Positions 18,535 through 27,219 of a stretch of 64,000 nt of DNA are shown piece by piece. The notes beneath the pieces are model-generated. The model made no database searches and had not been told where the DNA came from. It worked only from the letters and a program-made list of their open reading frames with translations. Position 1 is the stretch's first letter. Each line of letters starts with the position of its first letter. The DNA is from an uncultured virus (IMG/VR IMGVR_UViG_3300034066_001606). Its lineage: Duplodnaviria > Heunggongvirae > Uroviricota > Caudoviricetes. The DNA lies in the IMG/VR virus record IMGVR_UViG_3300034066_001606. One strand, 5' to 3'. The position numbers and the translations under genes are program-made.

Positions 18535-19215
18535 ATGAATTTAAGCGACAAAACAATTTTAAGTGAAATGGAGAATGGTAATATTACTATTTCTCCATTT
18601 GACATGAAGTACCTGAACCCTAATAGTGTAGACCTTACATTAAATAAAATGTACAAGGTGCTAGACAAGAAGAATGCACACAAACTAAGTACTATTGAAA
18701 GGGAAAACCTTTATGCTAGTGTTAACTTATATACAGAAGAACAGCGTTGGGAAATGAACCCAAACATGTCAAATGCTGAAGTTGATGCCGAATTAGATAG
18801 AATAGGTTTCCCAAGTTACTATGTTGATTGCAAAAAGGAAAACAAGTTTATGGAATTTACAATGCCTGAAGATGGCATGATACTCGTTCCTGGAGAGTTG
18901 TACATTTATAGTTGTAATGAAGTAATAGGTTGCAAGAAGAATATAAGGGCTGGAGTAATGGGTAAAAGTAGCATGGGTAGACTTGGATTGTTTGTACATG
19001 TTACAGCAGGATTTGTAGATACTGGATTCCAAGGTAGTTTAGTATTGGAAATGGTTGCCACAATACCAATAAAGATTTACCCGAACCAAAAGATTTGCCA
19101 AATAGAATTCGTAAGAGTTGAGGGTGAATTCCTTGAAACATACGACCAAAAGGAAGGTAGTAAGTACATGAACCAAACTGGAGCGCAAGAATCAAAAATG
19201 CATAAAAATTTCTAA
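18535..19215 (+). CDS. dcd: dCTP deaminase
   Basis: LSDKTI, NPNSVDL, GKSSMGRLGL.VH.TAGFVDTGFQGSLVLE, ICQI, KYMNQ. Confidence 0.92.
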   Translation: MNLSDKTILSEMENGNITISPFDMKYLNPNSVDLTLNKMYKVLDKKNAHKLSTIERENLYASVNLYTEEQRWEMNPNMSNAEVDAELDRIGFPSYYVDCKKENKFMEFTMPEDGMILVPGELYIYSCNEVIGCKKNIRAGVMGKSSMGRLGLFVHVTAGFVDTGFQGSLVLEMVATIPIKIYPNQKICQIEFVRVEGEFLETYDQKEGSKYMNQTGAQESKMHKNF

Positions 19216-19476
19216 ATGAAATACACATTAAAAGCAGTAAACAAAAGTAATTTGTTTACAGAAGATATTGAAGTACTTTGTGGCTCAATAGTTGTTGGTA
19301 AAATTTACAAGGACGTAAACAACGAAAAGCCAAAAAAGTATTCTTGTAAAATGGTTTTAAGTAATGATGCTTATTTAACTAAGATAGCATTTAGCAATGA
19401 TTACGATTATTGCATGGTTTATATAAAGCAAAAATTTGAAGCATTTTTAAAGCAATTAAAAGAAAAAGATGAATAA
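19216..19476 (+). CDS. Hypothetical protein
   Basis: 86 aa ORF. Confidence 0.6.
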   Translation: MKYTLKAVNKSNLFTEDIEVLCGSIVVGKIYKDVNNEKPKKYSCKMVLSNDAYLTKIAFSNDYDYCMVYIKQKFEAFLKQLKEKDE

Positions 19477-20140
19477 GAAACTAATTTGGTTAATTGGTGG
19501 CATGGGAAGCGGTAAAAGTACACAGAGAAGATTATTGTGCAATGCATTTAGAGAAACCGAACCAAAGGAAATTAAAGGCAATTTGACCGATGATGCTGAG
19601 TATATGTTTACTAGCTTCGGTAAAACTATTAGTTGCATTGGCAAAGTTAAGCAAGAGCACAATGGCGACATAAGTATGTGCGATGGATTAGACAGCGTAT
19701 TTGGTAGTCTTAAGAAATTGGGTGGGTTGCATAGCGTTGATGTTGCATTACAGCATAGTGACATAGTCGTATTGGAAGGAAGCCAAACATCACCTAGTTG
19801 GGGCGAGTTGTTAAAGAGTACAATAGAAAGATATGGTGCTGAATTCCATTTGGTACATTTGTATATGACTTACGAAGAAAACTTTAATAGAGTTAGGCAA
19901 AGGCAATACGATAAACTTAAAAAAGATGGTGGTGCAATGTTTATTAACGACCACAAAGAACATCACCTTACAGATAGGGTAATTGAGAGCCTAATTGGTA
20001 AATGTAGACAATTTAATAATTGCTACGATAAGTTATTTCCACTAACTTATATTAACAAGGTTAAAATCTTGTGTGGTAATAAAACCGAGGAAGAGGTGTT
20101 TGAAGATATAATACAAGGTTGCTTCGCAAACGATATTTAA
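19469..20140 (+). CDS. P-loop nucleotide/DNA kinase (base-modification-associated type)
   Basis: LIGGMGSGKST Walker A, GK...DGLDSV, VVLEG, NRVRQR lid. Confidence 0.7.
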   Translation: MNKKLIWLIGGMGSGKSTQRRLLCNAFRETEPKEIKGNLTDDAEYMFTSFGKTISCIGKVKQEHNGDISMCDGLDSVFGSLKKLGGLHSVDVALQHSDIVVLEGSQTSPSWGELLKSTIERYGAEFHLVHLYMTYEENFNRVRQRQYDKLKKDGGAMFINDHKEHHLTDRVIESLIGKCRQFNNCYDKLFPLTYINKVKILCGNKTEEEVFEDIIQGCFANDI

Positions 20141-20181
20141 GGATAATCTATTTGTTATTGTTTTGTTAATGGGAAGGTGTT

Positions 20182-20228
20182 TTCTTGGATAATCATGCTT
20201 CACATAGTACATTTGTATTGTAATTAAG
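20182..20228 (+). promoter_or_regulatory. Early promoter copy 5
   Basis: TTCTTGGATAATCA...TACATTTGTATTGTAATTAAG; TAnnTTTG at 20208. Confidence 0.8.
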
Positions 20229-20237
20229 AACAAAACA

Positions 20238-20585
20238 ATGGCAAACTACATAAAAAGCAACAGAAACCAACAAAGTAGCTTAACAGCAAATTTAGTAAAT
20301 GGTGTACAAGTGACACCTAAGAATAGACTTAAAAAAGTACCCATATCCGTTCAGGACATTATTAACAATAGTTTTGTTGGTAAAATGGTTACATGGGAAT
20401 ATCATGGTCAAAAATATGGTGGTGAGGTGCTAGAAGTACATGGCATGAACGCGACAGTTGACATGAATGGCATTAGCAAAATATGTCCTGGATTCAAACC
20501 TGTGAAAACCAAAAACATACATGTGTTACCACTTACAAGAATAGCACTAGTTGACTTCAGCACAAGATTCCCACAATTAAATTAA
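20238..20585 (+). CDS. Hypothetical early protein (SH3-like)
   Basis: VGKMVTWEYHGQKYGGEVLEV. Confidence 0.7.
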   Translation: MANYIKSNRNQQSSLTANLVNGVQVTPKNRLKKVPISVQDIINNSFVGKMVTWEYHGQKYGGEVLEVHGMNATVDMNGISKICPGFKPVKTKNIHVLPLTRIALVDFSTRFPQLN

Positions 20586-20603
20586 ACCATAAAATATAAG
20601 AAC

Positions 20604-21041
20604 ATGAAAATGGAAATTATTAAACAAATGAACCCAAGACAAGCACGAGAAGCTTCAAGTTGTGCTAAAACTATGCTACAGCAAATTAAAGCGGTGGGGT
20701 GGAGTACCTTTAGTAGTTGGGGTACACATTCAATTCAATATGGCATGGCATTGAAAGAAAGAATGCAATGTCCGTTTGTGCAATTTTTAGTGAGCGGTTT
20801 TATACACAAGGGTTTAGTAAGGGTATTTTACCTTCCAGTCCCAGATGTGTACATGGTGCAATTACTAAAGAAGAAAAAAGGTGAAAATGGTAGAATGCAT
20901 TGGGTTGAAGTAAAACAAATTGAGGAAGTGTATTGTGATACATTGGGTACAACAATTGATGAAAATGTTGAAACCACAAATGACAAGAGCGAACTTTATG
21001 GCAAACAAGTAACAAAATTTTTAAAGGAAACAAAAATATAA
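20604..21041 (+). CDS. Conserved hypothetical early protein
   Basis: SWG...F.VSGFIHKG.V...DVY...EVYCDTL...ID..VE. Confidence 0.7.
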   Translation: MKMEIIKQMNPRQAREASSCAKTMLQQIKAVGWSTFSSWGTHSIQYGMALKERMQCPFVQFLVSGFIHKGLVRVFYLPVPDVYMVQLLKKKKGENGRMHWVEVKQIEEVYCDTLGTTIDENVETTNDKSELYGKQVTKFLKETKI

Positions 21042-21046
21042 AAACC

Positions 21047-21160
21047 ATGCAACAAGAACCAAAAGAGCTGATGGAACAGCCAATTACCAAACAAGACAAA
21101 ATAAATTTGATAGCAATATTGCTGATAACCATAGCTATGCTGATAATAGATAGTTTGTAA
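21047..21160 (+). CDS. 37-aa peptide with C-terminal TM helix (not in ORF track)
   Basis: MQQEPKELMEQPITKQDKINLIAILLITIAMLIIDSL; fills the gap. Confidence 0.5.
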   Translation: MQQEPKELMEQPITKQDKINLIAILLITIAMLIIDSL

Positions 21161-21180
21161 AATTATTAAAAACAATTAAA

Positions 21181-22158
21181 ATGATAACTAAAGGAACAAA
21201 AGTAAGTTTTAAAGACCGACAAGACACCTTAATGAAAGGGGTTGTTAAAAGGGTTACAATTGGTGGAGAAATTATTATTAATGGCGACGATGGTAGTAGG
21301 TACACTAGAACCAAAGAACAAGTAGTTGTTATTGGTGGTACTACAGACGACATTGATGGTGTTGATGCAATTGAACCAATTGATAGTGTGAAACAAAGTA
21401 TTGTTAGTAGAAATGACAAGCTTAGAAAGCAATTTAACATTAACCAAAGATTTGACTACATGGCTCAGTTGGCTCGTATGGTAATTAACAATACAGCAGT
21501 AAGTTTGATAATAACTGGACAAGGTGGATTAGGTAAAACATTCACTGTCATGCAAGAGATTGCTAGAAAAAAGTTTACCAAACCACAAGATTTCATTGTA
21601 ATTAAGGGTTACAGCACAGCAAGGGGGTTATTTAGAACCCTATATGAAAACAATGGTAAATTAATTGTATTTGATGATTGTGATGAGGTGCTGGAAGATA
21701 AGGTAGCTAAAAACATTTTGAAGAGTGCGTTGGACAGCTACGATACTAGGGAAGTAAGTTGGGTAATAAAGACACCTGATGAAAGTTTACCTGAATCGTT
21801 TGAATTCACTGGAAGGGTTATCTTTATTAGCAACAAAAGCCAAGACCACATTGAACAAGCAATTATAAGTAGAAGCCTGAACATTGACTTAACAATGACT
21901 AGCGAGGAAATAATAGAGCGTATGGAGTGGATAGTTGCCAATGCTAGGGGGTTTATGCCTACCTTTACAATGCAAACAAAATTAGATGCAATTGACATAC
22001 TAAAAACAAACCTAGCCGACATAAGGGAGTTAAGTTTACGTTCTTTAGAAAAGGTGCTAAAAATACTTTCTGGAGATAAGGATTTACTTGATGTAAACGA
22101 CCCTGACTACAAAGATTTAGATATGCATGAATTGTGTCGTTTTATGTTACTAAGCTAA
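21181..22158 (+). CDS. AAA+ ATPase with N-terminal SH3-like domain
   Basis: GQGGLGKT, IVFDDCD, LKSALDS, FTGRVIFISN, AIISRS. Confidence 0.85.
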   Translation: MITKGTKVSFKDRQDTLMKGVVKRVTIGGEIIINGDDGSRYTRTKEQVVVIGGTTDDIDGVDAIEPIDSVKQSIVSRNDKLRKQFNINQRFDYMAQLARMVINNTAVSLIITGQGGLGKTFTVMQEIARKKFTKPQDFIVIKGYSTARGLFRTLYENNGKLIVFDDCDEVLEDKVAKNILKSALDSYDTREVSWVIKTPDESLPESFEFTGRVIFISNKSQDHIEQAIISRSLNIDLTMTSEEIIERMEWIVANARGFMPTFTMQTKLDAIDILKTNLADIRELSLRSLEKVLKILSGDKDLLDVNDPDYKDLDMHELCRFMLLS

Positions 22159-22162
22159 AAAT

Positions 22163-22459
22163 ATGTTCAAAATAAATTCAATCATTAGGACTACTCAATA
22201 CCCACACGAAAAAAGTTTGTGGAGGGTATTGGGTTTTCAAACAGCTACCACATTCGCACATGGCAAATATCAAATTCTGTATTGCGAAGCAATGGGTACT
22301 AAAAGAAACAAGGTTAATTTAATGAGTTTCAAATGCAAACCCTACAGCAAGAAAAATGATGAGGTTGATAAGATAAAAAATTTAGCGAAGGTTATGCTCA
22401 AAAGGGGCAATAATGAAATGGCAAAAAGATTATTAAACAAAATAAAAACCGAACAATGA
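22163..22459 (+). CDS. Hypothetical protein
   Basis: 98 aa ORF. Confidence 0.6.
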   Translation: MFKINSIIRTTQYPHEKSLWRVLGFQTATTFAHGKYQILYCEAMGTKRNKVNLMSFKCKPYSKKNDEVDKIKNLAKVMLKRGNNEMAKRLLNKIKTEQ

Positions 22460-23001
22460 AAACAGAACAAGTGGTAAAGGGTAAGATTATAATCAAGGCG
22501 GTAAACGAAAAGCAATCCATTATTGATTTAATGTCTTCTTCAAACAAGCTTAATTTTAGCATAAAAAATAAGGAAGACAATGAAATGGTAAACTATAGAA
22601 TTTGCAAGGACACCAATGAGGGTTCCGAAAAGTTTTGGGTGTACCATGTTGATTTAAGTAAAGAAGTGGTTGTTGTTAATTTCTTAGGTAAGGTTTTGTT
22701 TTCTAAGAAGTACTACTCTTACAGCAATGACAAAGCCAAAGAAACTATATTGTCAAAGTGCAATTTAGTTTTAACGCAATTCTTTAAGGAATTATTTGGT
22801 GAGGTTGAATTAAGTAAGCGTTTTATACTTTTTGAACGTGAAAACATTGGTAATTTTTACATGCGTAATGTTGCCAAACTTGATGAAATTAAGAAAAAGT
22901 TTAAAGATGGTTTAATCAAATATGAAGAGGTTGGTGAGGTTGTTGAAAACAAAAATTCAAAATTAAAAACGTACAAATTTTATGAAAAAAAGGTTTCTTG
23001 A
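22456..23001 (+). CDS. Hypothetical protein
   Basis: 181 aa, ATGA overlap. Confidence 0.65.
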   Translation: MKTEQVVKGKIIIKAVNEKQSIIDLMSSSNKLNFSIKNKEDNEMVNYRICKDTNEGSEKFWVYHVDLSKEVVVVNFLGKVLFSKKYYSYSNDKAKETILSKCNLVLTQFFKELFGEVELSKRFILFERENIGNFYMRNVAKLDEIKKKFKDGLIKYEEVGEVVENKNSKLKTYKFYEKKVS

Positions 23002-23986
23002 TGATTTGCGGTTAAGTAAACAAAATCAACTTAGGTTAAGAAATGTGAATGCAATTATTGAGGATTATGCTTCACAAGGGTACAAGCTTACATTAAGGCA
23101 ATTGTATTACCAATTGGTTACTAAGAATATCATTCCAAATAACGACAAAGAGTATGCCAAATTAAGCACTTTGTTGACGAAGGGTAGAATGGCTGGAGTG
23201 GTAGATTGGGATGCAATTGAAGACCGAATTAGAGTACCTAGACACACATACTACAATACTGGAATAGAAAATGCATTAGATGATGCGGTTAGTTCTTACA
23301 GATTAGATAGGATGCTTGAACAAGACAATTACATTGAGTTGTGGGTTGAAAAGGATGCATTGAGTAATGTGTTAAGCAAGAAAACCAAATACTACCATGT
23401 TAGATTAATGGTTAATCGTGGGTATAGTAGCACCACAGCAATTTACGATTCATTTAAAAGAATTAGCGATGCGTTAAATAGAGACCAAAAGGTTAATATA
23501 TTGTATCTTGGAGACCATGACCCTAGTGGCTTAGACATGGTAAGGGATATTAGGGATAGGCTGAAAACTATGCTTATAGCCGATTACCCTGAAGACTTTG
23601 TTGAAAACATGCTTGAAGTACACCATATTGGTTTGACGCAAGAACAAATTAAACTACATGAACCTCCACCGAATCCAACTAAGGTACAAGACCCTAGAGC
23701 AGATTGGTATATAAATAATTTTGGAACTACATGTTGGGAGGTTGATGCATTAAACCCTAAAGTATTACATGAAGTAATTGATGAAAAGGTTGCACAATTG
23801 ATTGACTTTGAAAGGTTTAACAATGTGTTGAAAAAGGAAACAATTGACAAGGATGTTCTTAAGGGTGTGCCAATGGTTAGAGAAAACTACCAAAATATAC
23901 AACTAGCGTTTAAGAAAGAATTACCTAAAAAACCTAAGATTGGTGACTATAAAAAGTTACTTGAAGATATTGAAAAATTTATTTAG
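22982..23986 (+). CDS. Topoisomerase VI-A/Spo11-like TOPRIM protein
   Basis: TLRQLYYQL winged helix with Tyr, WVEKDAL, RGYSS, YLGDHDPSG, WEVDAL. Confidence 0.8.
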   Translation: MKKRFLDDLRLSKQNQLRLRNVNAIIEDYASQGYKLTLRQLYYQLVTKNIIPNNDKEYAKLSTLLTKGRMAGVVDWDAIEDRIRVPRHTYYNTGIENALDDAVSSYRLDRMLEQDNYIELWVEKDALSNVLSKKTKYYHVRLMVNRGYSSTTAIYDSFKRISDALNRDQKVNILYLGDHDPSGLDMVRDIRDRLKTMLIADYPEDFVENMLEVHHIGLTQEQIKLHEPPPNPTKVQDPRADWYINNFGTTCWEVDALNPKVLHEVIDEKVAQLIDFERFNNVLKKETIDKDVLKGVPMVRENYQNIQLAFKKELPKKPKIGDYKKLLEDIEKFI

Positions 23987-24012
23987 ATTGTTAACTTAAA
24001 AAACAACAGAAA

Positions 24013-24231
24013 ATGGCAACAGCTAAAAAGTACGTCATAACAGCGTACAACACCAAAACAAAACAAAAAGGTTGTGAAATGCAGAATGCAGTTATCACAA
24101 AAAACAAACTTGGACGCTACATGGCAAAGGGTGACGATGGTGAGGGTAATACCTTATGTATCTTCATGTCAGAAGCAAATGCTCGTTTAGCAGTTTCGCA
24201 AGGAACGGCAAAAGCAGATGGTTGGAAATAA
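24013..24231 (+). CDS. Small basic protein, DUF5679-like
   Basis: AYNTKTKQK..EM.NA.ITKNK.GRYMAKG...GNTL; followed by its own terminator. Confidence 0.55.
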   Translation: MATAKKYVITAYNTKTKQKGCEMQNAVITKNKLGRYMAKGDDGEGNTLCIFMSEANARLAVSQGTAKADGWK

Positions 24232-24253
24232 AAGAACTTTAACCATTGAAATT

Positions 24254-24284
24254 GGGGGTGTGAAGATCGTCGCTCCCCCTTTTT
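24254..24284 (+). terminator. Intrinsic terminator
   Basis: GGGGGtGTGA-agatcg-TCGCtCCCCC followed by TTTTT. Confidence 0.7.
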
Positions 24285-24321
24285 GTGAATGTTACATGAA
24301 ATATTAAACCATAAACAAACA

Positions 24322-25344
24322 ATGAAAATAGAAGATAAAAGTTGGTACAAACACCTAAAGCCAGAAACAGAATTAGTTGATGAAGAAAACTTTTACAATT
24401 TTTACAGAACATTGCATGAGCGCAATGAAATTTGGATAAGGCGGTTTATAGATAAGCAAGAAAGACCATGGACTTCTGACAAAATACTTAGAGACTACAA
24501 ATTTACGAATTCTTATCGGGAATTAGATCGTGCAAGTCAATGGTTGGTGAATAATGTACTAACAGACCATAGGTTGTCCCTAGAGGACTTAATTTTTAGG
24601 ATAATGGTGTACAGATTTTTTAACCAACCATGTACATTTGATAAAAAGAAAAGTCCTTATGCAATTGTGTTACCACATTATGATAACTTTGACAAACAAG
24701 ATTTGTGGGAGCAAGTTGTTACATATAGAGAAAAAGTTGACAATCCGTGGCATACAGCGTATCTAATGAATCCTGGAGCAAGTAAGCCAAATGGTTGGAA
24801 CAAGCGTGGGTTATTTCGTGACGACATGTATGTAAACAATGTACTACAGCAAGTTCACGACAAGATACCTGAAATAGTTTTAATACTTAAAAAAGCTAAA
24901 AGACCTGAAGAAATAGTTGCAGTATTGGAAACCATTCTTGCTGTGAGTGGTTTTATGAGCCATGAATTTTATTTGGATTTTTGCTATTGTGCAAAGTATT
25001 GGAAACAGCCAATTATGAAATTCACTCAAAACGATTTTACAAACGTCGGTCCTGGATGCAGTACTGGATTAAGGATAATATTCCCTAGCTTAGAAAAGAA
25101 AAGGCAAGTTGAAGGTATACATTGGTTACTAGAACTCCTTCCAGAAGTTTATGAGCAATTAGGTTTAGAGTTTAGGTACATACATTGGAATAAGGAAGAT
25201 GGATACCATGTAAATGAAAAGGTGAACAATTTGACATTACATACTATAGAGTTTTGGTTGTGTGAATACCAAAAGTATTGGAAAATGAATATAGGTGAGG
25301 GTAAGCAGAGGAGTAAATTTAAACCAAAAACAAAAATTGATTGA
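24322..25344 (+). CDS. aGPT-Pplase1 / 5-hmdU DNA kinase helical-domain protein (thymine hypermodification)
   Basis: ERNEIW.RR....PWTSDKILRDYKFTNSYRELDR.SQW, YRFFN, HTAYL, FMSHE...D, GPG..GL, IEFWLCEYQKY. Confidence 0.85.
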   Translation: MKIEDKSWYKHLKPETELVDEENFYNFYRTLHERNEIWIRRFIDKQERPWTSDKILRDYKFTNSYRELDRASQWLVNNVLTDHRLSLEDLIFRIMVYRFFNQPCTFDKKKSPYAIVLPHYDNFDKQDLWEQVVTYREKVDNPWHTAYLMNPGASKPNGWNKRGLFRDDMYVNNVLQQVHDKIPEIVLILKKAKRPEEIVAVLETILAVSGFMSHEFYLDFCYCAKYWKQPIMKFTQNDFTNVGPGCSTGLRIIFPSLEKKRQVEGIHWLLELLPEVYEQLGLEFRYIHWNKEDGYHVNEKVNNLTLHTIEFWLCEYQKYWKMNIGEGKQRSKFKPKTKID

Positions 25345-25350
25345 TGTATT
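25343..25350 (+). promoter_or_regulatory. Putative late promoter box GATGTATT
   Basis: 27 nt before ATG 25370. Confidence 0.45.
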
Positions 25351-25369
25351 GTAAAAGTAAATTATAACA

Positions 25370-26149
25370 ATGGCTTTAACAATAGTAGGTGATTCATTGA
25401 AAATAACAATTAATGGTGAAGAAAAATTTTACCCATTAATTGATTTAGACATAGTTTACGAACCGCATGTTAATGTTCAAGAAACGCAATGTGTTTCATA
25501 CGAACCATTAGTTCTTGAAAGCTTTATGTCTGACTTTGGGGGTGTTCCAGAGAATGAACTTCAGATGAGCCAAAATTCAACTTTGAAGATATACCTTAAA
25601 AGGGTTAGTGAAAGAAGTTTACTTATACTTGAGCTTAACTACTTCACGGCTGAAATGTGCCAAATGGTTTCAAATTTTGGAACAACAATAGCATTAATTT
25701 ATGAACAATTGATGATTGAAATTCAAGAGGGGCTGGAAACACAACCTTATGAATTGAAATATGTATATATTGATGAAAGTGAGGTAGATAATAGAAATGT
25801 GTATATAGATTGGGATGGTTACGATGTTGCAGTTATTCCAATTTTAGATAAAGATCATCTAACTTCTTTAGATATAACTTACGATTTTTCTATACCAAAG
25901 AAAGATAAAGTTAGACAAATAATTTTATCAATGGACGATTTAACAACATTGATTTTCAACGAAATATATAGTGATAATTTTTCTGAACAAGTTTACCGAA
26001 ATTCAAATTTGGCTAACGGAACAGATATTACGCCAATAAAATATCAGTCTGGCAGGAAATGTTTTTCAAAAGTGACATTTACGGAATTTAATGATGGTGT
26101 AAGTGATGCCTCTTTCTTTATTAAAGAAGTTAAAAATTATATGGAATAA
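25370..26149 (+). CDS. Acidic hypothetical protein, probably late/structural
   Basis: 259 aa after a late-type box. Confidence 0.7.
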   Translation: MALTIVGDSLKITINGEEKFYPLIDLDIVYEPHVNVQETQCVSYEPLVLESFMSDFGGVPENELQMSQNSTLKIYLKRVSERSLLILELNYFTAEMCQMVSNFGTTIALIYEQLMIEIQEGLETQPYELKYVYIDESEVDNRNVYIDWDGYDVAVIPILDKDHLTSLDITYDFSIPKKDKVRQIILSMDDLTTLIFNEIYSDNFSEQVYRNSNLANGTDITPIKYQSGRKCFSKVTFTEFNDGVSDASFFIKEVKNYME

Positions 26150-26150
26150 A

Positions 26151-26330
26151 ATGAAAATAGAAAAAGATAAAAGTAGAGAAAATGTTGATTTAAAAAGCCA
26201 CTCTATAGATTTGGTTTTTGAAAACGAAAATAAACCATTGCCTTATAGTAATGAATTGCTTAAAAAATTAAACATACCTAGTAATGATAAAAAATCAACA
26301 AGAAGCAAGGATAGCCGAGCAAATAGTTAA
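26151..26330 (+). CDS. Small hypothetical protein overlapping the Zeta gene start
   Basis: MKIEKDKSRE..., 59 aa from ATG 26151. Confidence 0.4.
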   Translation: MKIEKDKSRENVDLKSHSIDLVFENENKPLPYSNELLKKLNIPSNDKKSTRSKDSRANS

Positions 26331-27180
26331 GGGTTTCTATAAGGATAACGATTTCAATAGAAAGCACAATCTAGTTGGTAAAAGATATGGTAGGGATAAA
26401 CATGCTGAAGTTAGCCATGCTGAACGAATAAAGCTAAATGAGGATACTACAAAGGATAGGCATTTTAATAGAAAAGAATGGCGTTATTCAGCTAGTAGGC
26501 AAAAACTACATGAAGAAATTGTAATGGATAATTTTTACAATTACCCTAGTCAAGAAAAACCAACATGTGTTATCGTTGTTGGTGGCGGTGGAAGCGGTAA
26601 GAGCCACATATACAATACAAAAGTTAAGCCAAATTTACCCGACGCTGATAGCTATGCATACCTAAACAACGACGACATAAAGGAAATGTTACCTGAAAGT
26701 CACGAGTTTAGAAAAATTGATGCAAAAAGTACAGCAAATAGATTACATGAAGAGAGTGCTGATATTACACGATTGTCGCTTGATTTTCTTACCCACAATA
26801 AAAAGAATTTTGTTTTAGATGCTACATTTAGCAACTACTCTTCAGCAGTACCTAAGATAGAAAAAATGATTAAACAAGGGTACAAAATAAAATTAATTGG
26901 TGTAACAGCTAACAGACAAGTGGTTGAACAAAGTGTGAAAGACAGATACGAAAGAAGTGGTAGATATGTACCAATTAGTATTGCACTAGGGGCGCAAGAT
27001 GGTGCAAGACACACATTACATAATTTCATTAAGAACCATAGTGACAAATTTGAAGATATACAAGTGTATAACAACGATGGGTTACTAGAAAAGAAAGACC
27101 CAATACATGTGTACGACAATGGCGAGATTAAGCATATAAAATATCACCAAATAAAAAGGTATTTTAGAGGCTACGATTAA
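26284..27180 (+). CDS. Zeta/PezT toxin-family P-loop kinase with N-terminal leader
   Basis: RQKLHEEI, GGGGSGKS, NNDDIKEMLPE, LHEES, FVLDAT, GYKI, RYERSGRYVP. Confidence 0.85.
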   Translation: MIKNQQEARIAEQIVKGFYKDNDFNRKHNLVGKRYGRDKHAEVSHAERIKLNEDTTKDRHFNRKEWRYSASRQKLHEEIVMDNFYNYPSQEKPTCVIVVGGGGSGKSHIYNTKVKPNLPDADSYAYLNNDDIKEMLPESHEFRKIDAKSTANRLHEESADITRLSLDFLTHNKKNFVLDATFSNYSSAVPKIEKMIKQGYKIKLIGVTANRQVVEQSVKDRYERSGRYVPISIALGAQDGARHTLHNFIKNHSDKFEDIQVYNNDGLLEKKDPIHVYDNGEIKHIKYHQIKRYFRGYD

Positions 27181-27188
27181 GAGTTATT
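27181..27188 (+). promoter_or_regulatory. Putative late promoter box GAGTTATT
   Basis: Intergenic, upstream of portal. Confidence 0.45.
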
Positions 27189-27219
27189 AATTTACATTAA
27201 CTAGTTAATGTAAAAGAAA

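Noticed and set aside
2181..20228. CRISPR array or ncRNA reading of the repeated intergenic motif
   Set aside because: Copies are kilobases apart, each sits directly before an ATG and contains a known promoter box
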